A stretch of 64,000 nt of DNA from Bacteroidota bacterium. GTDB taxonomy: Bacteria; Bacteroidota; Bacteroidia; Chitinophagales; Chitinophagaceae. A program made the position numbers and the translations under genes. Location of the stretch: contig JBANFS010000005.1 in the NCBI GenBank assembly GCA_037975885.1, positions 66,504 through 130,503 on the forward strand, read 5' to 3'. The first letter of the stretch is position 1. The number at the start of each line of letters is the position of its first letter. Below the pieces are notes generated by a model that saw only the letters and a list, made by a program, of their open reading frames with translations, had not been told where the DNA came from and ran no database searches. Positions 58,833 through 64,000 of this stretch are shown here, one piece after another.

Positions 58833-60638
58833 TGGGTTGGCCTCAAAAAATTTTTGAAGTGCGGCTGCTTTTTTGGCGCCAATAAGTGCAGCAATATTTT
58901 GGATAGGCTCTTTTTTAATATTTGCCACAGATTTAAATTCGTTAAGAAGAATTTCTCTTGTAGCTGGCCCAATGCCTTCAATGTTTTCTAGCGCAGTTGT
59001 AAATGTGCCTTTAGATCTTTTGTTTCTATGAAAAGTAATGCCAAAACGGTGTACTTCATCTCTAATACCTCTTAGTAGTTTTAAACTATCACTATCCCAA
59101 GGTAATTTTAGGGACTGGCTATCACCTGCAAAAAATATTTCTTCTTCATTTTTAGCGAGACCTACAAGTGTTGTGCTACCAGTTAGACCTAAAGCCTCTA
59201 TGCTTTCCAGTGCAGCGCTTAATTGCCCCTTGCCTCCATCAATTACAATCAGCTGTGGCATAGGGTCGCCAGATTCTTGTACCCTTTTATACCTTCTATA
59301 CACCACTTCTTTCATGGTAGCAAAATCGTTGATGCCCTCTACCGTTTTTACATTAAAATGGCGGTAATCTTTTTTACTAGGCATTCCGTCTTTAAAACAT
59401 ACCATCGCGGATACAGGAAAGCTTCCCTGAAAGTTTGAGTTATCAAAACATTCGATATGGGTGGGCATTTCCTGTAAATGCAAATAAGATTGTAGTTCGG
59501 TGAGTACAGATTTTTTTTCAGATGGCGTTTTGCCTTCTAGTTGTAATATTTTTTTAAGTTGCAGCTCTCTTGTAAAATATGTGACGTTTTTAATAGAGAG
59601 GTCGAGTAACTTTTTTTTGTCTCCAAGTTTTGGAACTGTGATGGTAATGTTTTTATCAAAATAATCAACCGGATAGGGGACAATAACTTCCGTACTAAGG
59701 CTATTAAAATCGGCTCTTATTCTTTCGATAGCAAAACAAAGTAGTTCATCCTCGGGTTCATCTAATTTACCTTCTAACGGAACTGTATGGGTTTGTATGA
59801 TACTTCCGTTTTGAACCATCAGGTAATTAACATAGGCTAGTTTACCGTCTTTTATAATCGAAAAAACATCTAGATTGGAAAAGTGCTTACCTACTACCAC
59901 CGATTTTTCTTGGTAGGTAAGTAAGAGGTCCATTTTATATTTTAACTGGGCTGCTTTTTCAAAATCGAGGGCCTCTGCATGCGCTTGCATTTCTTTTTTT
60001 AAATGGTTCATGAGTTGACTCATGTTGCCTTTTAGTAAGCCTTTTAACTGCTCTAAACTATCATTGTAATCTGCTTCGGTTTGTAATGCAGCGCAGGGAG
60101 CCAAACAGTTACCTAAATGGTACTCTAGGCAAGGTTTAAATTTTTGTTTATCGATATTTTCTTGGCTCAAATTAAGCTTACAAGTGCGTAGTGGAATAAA
60201 CTGCTTGATAAAACTTAACACTTCTCTTATGGTTCCTTTAGAGGTAAATGGGCCAAGGTAAATCGATCCGTCATTGTATTTTTTCCAGGTAGAAAAGACG
60301 CGCGGAAACCTTTCTTTTTTGATAACTAAATACGGGTAGCCTTTGTCATCTTTTAATAAAATATTATAGCGAGGCTTGTATTGCTTAATTAAGGAATTCT
60401 CAAGTAGTAATGCATCTTGCTCCGAGTCAACAATTGTAAATTCAATCCGATCGATTTTTTGAACCAGTTCGATGGTCTTAAAACTGCTTTGATTTTTTGT
60501 AAAATAGGAGGCGATTCTTTTTTTAAGACACTTTGCCTTACCAACATAAATCAGTACATCCTTTGCATCATAGTATTTATAGATGCCAGGGTCTGACGGT
60601 AATTTATGTGCTATTTTTTGGTACTGCTCTTGGGTCAT
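58830..60638 (-). CDS. uvrC: Excinuclease ABC subunit C
   Basis: GIY-YIG (PGIYKY..IYVGKAK), UVR domain, IECFDNSNFQG, IDGGKGQL and RDEVHRF motifs; HhH tail. Confidence 0.97.
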   Translation of the reverse strand: MTQEQYQKIAHKLPSDPGIYKYYDAKDVLIYVGKAKCLKKRIASYFTKNQSSFKTIELVQKIDRIEFTIVDSEQDALLLENSLIKQYKPRYNILLKDDKGYPYLVIKKERFPRVFSTWKKYNDGSIYLGPFTSKGTIREVLSFIKQFIPLRTCKLNLSQENIDKQKFKPCLEYHLGNCLAPCAALQTEADYNDSLEQLKGLLKGNMSQLMNHLKKEMQAHAEALDFEKAAQLKYKMDLLLTYQEKSVVVGKHFSNLDVFSIIKDGKLAYVNYLMVQNGSIIQTHTVPLEGKLDEPEDELLCFAIERIRADFNSLSTEVIVPYPVDYFDKNITITVPKLGDKKKLLDLSIKNVTYFTRELQLKKILQLEGKTPSEKKSVLTELQSYLHLQEMPTHIECFDNSNFQGSFPVSAMVCFKDGMPSKKDYRHFNVKTVEGINDFATMKEVVYRRYKRVQESGDPMPQLIVIDGGKGQLSAALESIEALGLTGSTTLVGLAKNEEEIFFAGDSQSLKLPWDSDSLKLLRGIRDEVHRFGITFHRNKRSKGTFTTALENIEGIGPATREILLNEFKSVANIKKEPIQNIAALIGAKKAAALQKFFEANP

Positions 60639-61214
60639 TTATGGAAGTATAACGCGAACAGCAATCGTTTTGTTGAGTAAGTATCCCTTAGTTGTTTCTT
60701 TACTAATGGATCTGGTAAATCCTTCATTTGCCTTCCAGCTCAATTGCTCTATGCTTGTGGTGTCTTTACCGGTAAACTGTTTTCTTATAAAAATTCGTTT
60801 AATAAGGGATGTTTTTTCATCCATTAAGATATCAATATTTCTAACCGGAACGTCATTACTATATGGTGTATAATTGATATTAAAACTTGAAGTCCCAGCG
60901 TCTCTGAACACTGATTCTTTGTAATTCTTTTTTTGAATACTATCGCTAATATCTGATTCAATAAATGAATGCACAAGCGTTCTGATGGAAGCGCCATCTG
61001 CTATAATGCTATCTTTAATTGTGCCATCCGTTGTAACAATACTATACCTTGCATCAAGGCTATCAAAATGTTTTAATTGATTATTAAAATAGGCAGCAAT
61101 CGGATAAAAGCTGGTGGTATCAGAACTTATATTGTCCGCATTGGTGGACACTTTGTTATTGTTGCAGCCGATAGCTATCACGCAAACGATGCATGCAATG
61201 AATACTGATTTCAT
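60639..61214 (-). CDS. Hypothetical lipoprotein
   Basis: Lipobox AIG-C after a hydrophobic leader; stop abuts the uvrC ATG. Confidence 0.7.
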   Translation of the reverse strand: MKSVFIACIVCVIAIGCNNNKVSTNADNISSDTTSFYPIAAYFNNQLKHFDSLDARYSIVTTDGTIKDSIIADGASIRTLVHSFIESDISDSIQKKNYKESVFRDAGTSSFNINYTPYSNDVPVRNIDILMDEKTSLIKRIFIRKQFTGKDTTSIEQLSWKANEGFTRSISKETTKGYLLNKTIAVRVILP

Positions 61215-61223
61215 GCCATAAAA

Positions 61224-62591
61224 TTACTTAAACTGTTTGCTCCAACCTATTCGGAAGCCGTAATCAATCAAATTTTCTTTGATGGGATAAGGGTTGTTGT
61301 AAGTGGGGAGTGCCTGGTATCTGATTTGTGGCCCTAACTGCCATATGGTATTGCCTTTTTGATAGCTAAATTGAATACCAATACTGGTATTCATATTCCA
61401 TTTTCGTACGTAGTCATTGCCAGCGGCATAATTTGCATAGTCTGCAGAAAGGAGATAAACATTTTTATTGACATTGTAAGTAGGCTGAATTGTGGCCTGT
61501 GTATGAATACCAAATTTCTTAAACCTTAAAAGCTGGTAATCGAGTCCAATAGGCATGGCCAGCTGGTATACCTTATTATTAAGATGTGCTGCTCTAAAGC
61601 CAACATTGTTATTGTAGCTCGACATGACAGAAATATTTTGCACTCTACCGCCATTTACCAATGCAAGGGTAGTAGCATTGGCGCCGGTTTCATAGGTGTC
61701 AATCTGGTATTGTCTGATATTCAATTGAAGTCCTGTTTTGAATTGCAATCTTTTAGTAACCGGATAATTGAATGTAAATCCAAGTTCTAATCCAATATCA
61801 GGCCTATGTCTTACCGCTTGGTTAAATGTTGGGGATTGACCGTAAACCGAGTTGATTGGGATTGCTATGAGTGAAGGTTGAATTAACTCTTTTACTTTTT
61901 GATCATTAAGCACCCTGAAGCTAGCAGAAGGTGTAGCATAAAATTGAACGCTGTATTTTTTCTTTTTTTGTACTTGGGTTGGACTAGCAGCAAGTTCAAA
62001 ATTATGATTTACCTGCGCATGTATAAGTGCAGGTAAAAGGGAAGTGTTATTTATTTTGTTTCTACTGTCAATACTTGTAACAATATTGGTTGCTTCAAGT
62101 CGATCTGATTTAGTCTCCGTTAGTGATTCAATTTCATCCAAAGAATTGTTTACATGCATTTCATTGCTTCCATTTGAAGTTGACAACCTGGCCGTAGACG
62201 CAATATCCATTACACGCAAAGGCATAGTTGATAAGACTTTTCTAACCTTCGTTTGTAAGGCAGGTTTTGATGCTATCACTTGAGCACTAGATTGATAAGT
62301 AGTAAAAGGCTTATCTAGTGAATTGGTTGTGTTTTTTGGCTTCACAAGATTATTCGTAAGCACAACCGGCGCGGATTTTTGTGTTGCAATAAATGTGGAA
62401 ACCGTAAGTGCTACAAGTACCGTTAAAGCAATGATGGTAAGGGCTGGCCATGATTTATTCCCATGCACTTCTGTACGTATGTTGGCCCAAACACGACTAG
62501 ATGGGTACATCTTGTGTTCGTTTACCTCGTCAAGTAAAAACTCCTCAAAAGCATCTAGTTGATTCCTCTTTTCCATATCTGCCCGCTTCAC
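61224..62591 (-). CDS. Putative anti-sigma factor with one TM and a C-terminal outer-membrane beta-barrel domain
   Basis: Cytoplasmic N-terminus (FEEFL..E..EH.M.PS.RVW.NI), TM WPALTIIALTVLVALTVSTF, S/T/N-rich linker, amphipathic beta-strands ending YGFRIGWSKQF; 4 nt after the ECF sigma. Confidence 0.7.
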   Translation of the reverse strand: MKRADMEKRNQLDAFEEFLLDEVNEHKMYPSSRVWANIRTEVHGNKSWPALTIIALTVLVALTVSTFIATQKSAPVVLTNNLVKPKNTTNSLDKPFTTYQSSAQVIASKPALQTKVRKVLSTMPLRVMDIASTARLSTSNGSNEMHVNNSLDEIESLTETKSDRLEATNIVTSIDSRNKINNTSLLPALIHAQVNHNFELAASPTQVQKKKKYSVQFYATPSASFRVLNDQKVKELIQPSLIAIPINSVYGQSPTFNQAVRHRPDIGLELGFTFNYPVTKRLQFKTGLQLNIRQYQIDTYETGANATTLALVNGGRVQNISVMSSYNNNVGFRAAHLNNKVYQLAMPIGLDYQLLRFKKFGIHTQATIQPTYNVNKNVYLLSADYANYAAGNDYVRKWNMNTSIGIQFSYQKGNTIWQLGPQIRYQALPTYNNPYPIKENLIDYGFRIGWSKQFK

Positions 62592-62595
62592 GTAA

Positions 62596-63174
62596 TTATT
62601 TTTGTATCACCGACAACAACTCAAATTTCTCTTTGGGTGCTTCAATAATTCTTTTTTTAATTAAAATAGTAGAAAGCATTGTTTTAGCCCTTGTGTATTG
62701 GCTTCTACTTGTGCTTTCTTCGATGTCTAACAATGTGCTAATTTCTCTATGGCTATAGCCTTCTATCGCAAATAAATTGAGCACCGTTTTATAGCCAATT
62801 GGCAAGAGTCTGATGCATTCAACAATTTGTTTTGACTGCATGATAGAAGCAATGGATTCTTCCTTTACTTCTAAATTTTCAGCACTTGTTAATTCTAGGC
62901 TCTCTGTAAATTTTTTATATTTTTTTAAAAAGTTAATACTGGTGTGAACCATAATACGCCTAATCCAACCCTCAAATGAACCCTTGTTTTGAAACGTATG
63001 TATTTGTGTGAAAACTTTAATAAACCCTTCTTGCAGCATGTCTTCTGCATCTTCTCGATTTTGCGCAAACCGGTAACAAACGCTCAGCATTTTGGGGCTA
63101 TACCTATTAAATAGCTCCCTTTGTGAAGCGGCGTCGTTTTGTAAACAACCTGCAATAATGGCTTGCTCCGTCAT
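62596..63174 (-). CDS. ECF-type RNA polymerase sigma-70 factor
   Basis: Region 2 (DAEDMLQEGFIKVF, FEGWIRRIMV) and region 4 (LPIGYKTVLNLFAIEGYSHREIS..LDI.ESTSRSQ). Confidence 0.93.
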   Translation of the reverse strand: MTEQAIIAGCLQNDAASQRELFNRYSPKMLSVCYRFAQNREDAEDMLQEGFIKVFTQIHTFQNKGSFEGWIRRIMVHTSINFLKKYKKFTESLELTSAENLEVKEESIASIMQSKQIVECIRLLPIGYKTVLNLFAIEGYSHREISTLLDIEESTSRSQYTRAKTMLSTILIKKRIIEAPKEKFELLSVIQK

Positions 63175-63292
63175 TGAATAGGGTTAATTGTTATCCTAAT
63201 TTAGGTAAAAAAAGGGTAAAAAGGGTATATTTTAAGTATAAATTCATTAATTTAAGGTCAAATTCATACTGTAAATCCCCCCACCAGCAATC

Positions 63293-64000
63293 ATGGAAAA
63301 AAACAGATTCACTGAGTTTACCCCACCACCAACTACTGGCTTGCAACCGTATGCTGGCAGTTTTGGGGCACCTGAGCTCAGGCATCTTTTACGAAGAACC
63401 CTTTTTGGTGCCACAAAAGACGATATGGCTTATTTTTCCGGCAAATCTGTTACCCAGGTTGTTGGTGAATTATTGAATCCTACGGCGCCGTTACCGGCGC
63501 CTCCGGTTAAAGAATATGTAGTAGCAGCTACTACACTCGTTCCTGATACAAATATTGCTGCGGGAAGCACTTGGGTGGGTGATATTAACAATGATGGCAC
63601 CATTGCTAGCTATAGACGCGCATCGTTTAAAAAATGGTGGGTTGGAAATCTTATTAATCAAGACAGAAGCATTCGTGAAAAAATGACGCTTTTTTGGCAC
63701 AATCATTTTGCCACGGAAACCAATGACGTTGGTAATGCGCAATATGTATACAAGCATCATCATTTGCTACGCAGCAGTGCACTTGGGAATTTCAAAACAC
63801 TTACAAAAAACATAACCCTTGATCCGGCGATGCTCGTTTATTTAAATGGGCAATATAATACGGTCACTGCGCCCGATGAAAACTACGCGCGTGAAATTCA
63901 AGAACTTTTTTGTTGTGGTAAAGGCCCTGGCTCATTGTACACTGAGGGCGATGTAAAAGCGGCGGCAAGGGTATTAACAGGTTGGCGAAATAATGCAACC
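63293..64000 (+). CDS. Second DUF1800 family protein, truncated by the window edge (absent from ORF track)
   Basis: Hand translation MEKNRFTEFTPPPTTGLQPY..., RHLLRRTLFG, EKMTLFWHNHFAT, DPAMLVYLNG, PDENYAREIQELF, AARVLTGW; frame open to the end. Confidence 0.9.
   Translation, partial: MEKNRFTEFTPPPTTGLQPYAGSFGAPELRHLLRRTLFGATKDDMAYFSGKSVTQVVGELLNPTAPLPAPPVKEYVVAATTLVPDTNIAAGSTWVGDINNDGTIASYRRASFKKWWVGNLINQDRSIREKMTLFWHNHFATETNDVGNAQYVYKHHHLLRSSALGNFKTLTKNITLDPAMLVYLNGQYNTVTAPDENYAREIQELFCCGKGPGSLYTEGDVKAAARVLTGWRNNAT

Noticed and set aside
63174-63763. ORF-track entries 63174-63476 (+), 63191-63385 (-) and 63491-63763 (-)
   Set aside because: They overlap the real DUF1800 frame beginning at 63293 or its promoter; no coding features

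Overview
A 64-kb, AT-rich, gene-dense stretch of core chromosome from a Bacteroidota bacterium, probably Chitinophagales-like. The assignment rests on gldKLMN and gldA, many TAnnTTTG -7 promoter elements, a TonB receptor and the absence of Shine-Dalgarno motifs. Recognisable content: purD-mreBCD-mrdA (PBP2 truncated at the left edge); a POT-OPT-DUF1800-DUF1501 cluster; acs divergent from an MHS-type MFS transporter and a small membrane protein; gldA-eno-ftsB-small ORF-nth; a large Omp85-like outer-membrane protein; an MBL-fold hydrolase; a 720-aa unknown protein; a PhoPR-like two-component system; galE; prfA; a D-aminoacylase, serine hydrolase and YccA; an orphan korA; tig-clpP-clpP-clpX plus an unannotated 51-aa ORF; marC and btuB under a cobalamin riboswitch; an APC permease, tolC, MFP and gpsA; hemW; DUF4271-hemD-YyaL-gldKLMN (T9SS/gliding motor); an ECF sigma/anti-sigma-barrel/lipoprotein/uvrC operon; and a second DUF1800 gene truncated at the right edge (not in the ORF track). 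I saw no rRNA, tRNA, CRISPR array, transposase, integrase or prophage. The best candidates for an undescribed system are: (1) the exported DUF1800/DUF1501 pair behind two peptide importers, with an ECF-type promoter signature and a paralog next to an ECF sigma; (2) a probable envelope-spanning anti-sigma factor; (3) an Omp85 barrel fused to a degenerate zincin-like domain and a propeller; (4) a secreted protein with a CHAT/caspase-like His-Cys motif; (5) a Cys-rich uORF inside the B12 riboswitch leader. All family assignments come from motif recognition by eye; no database search was run.
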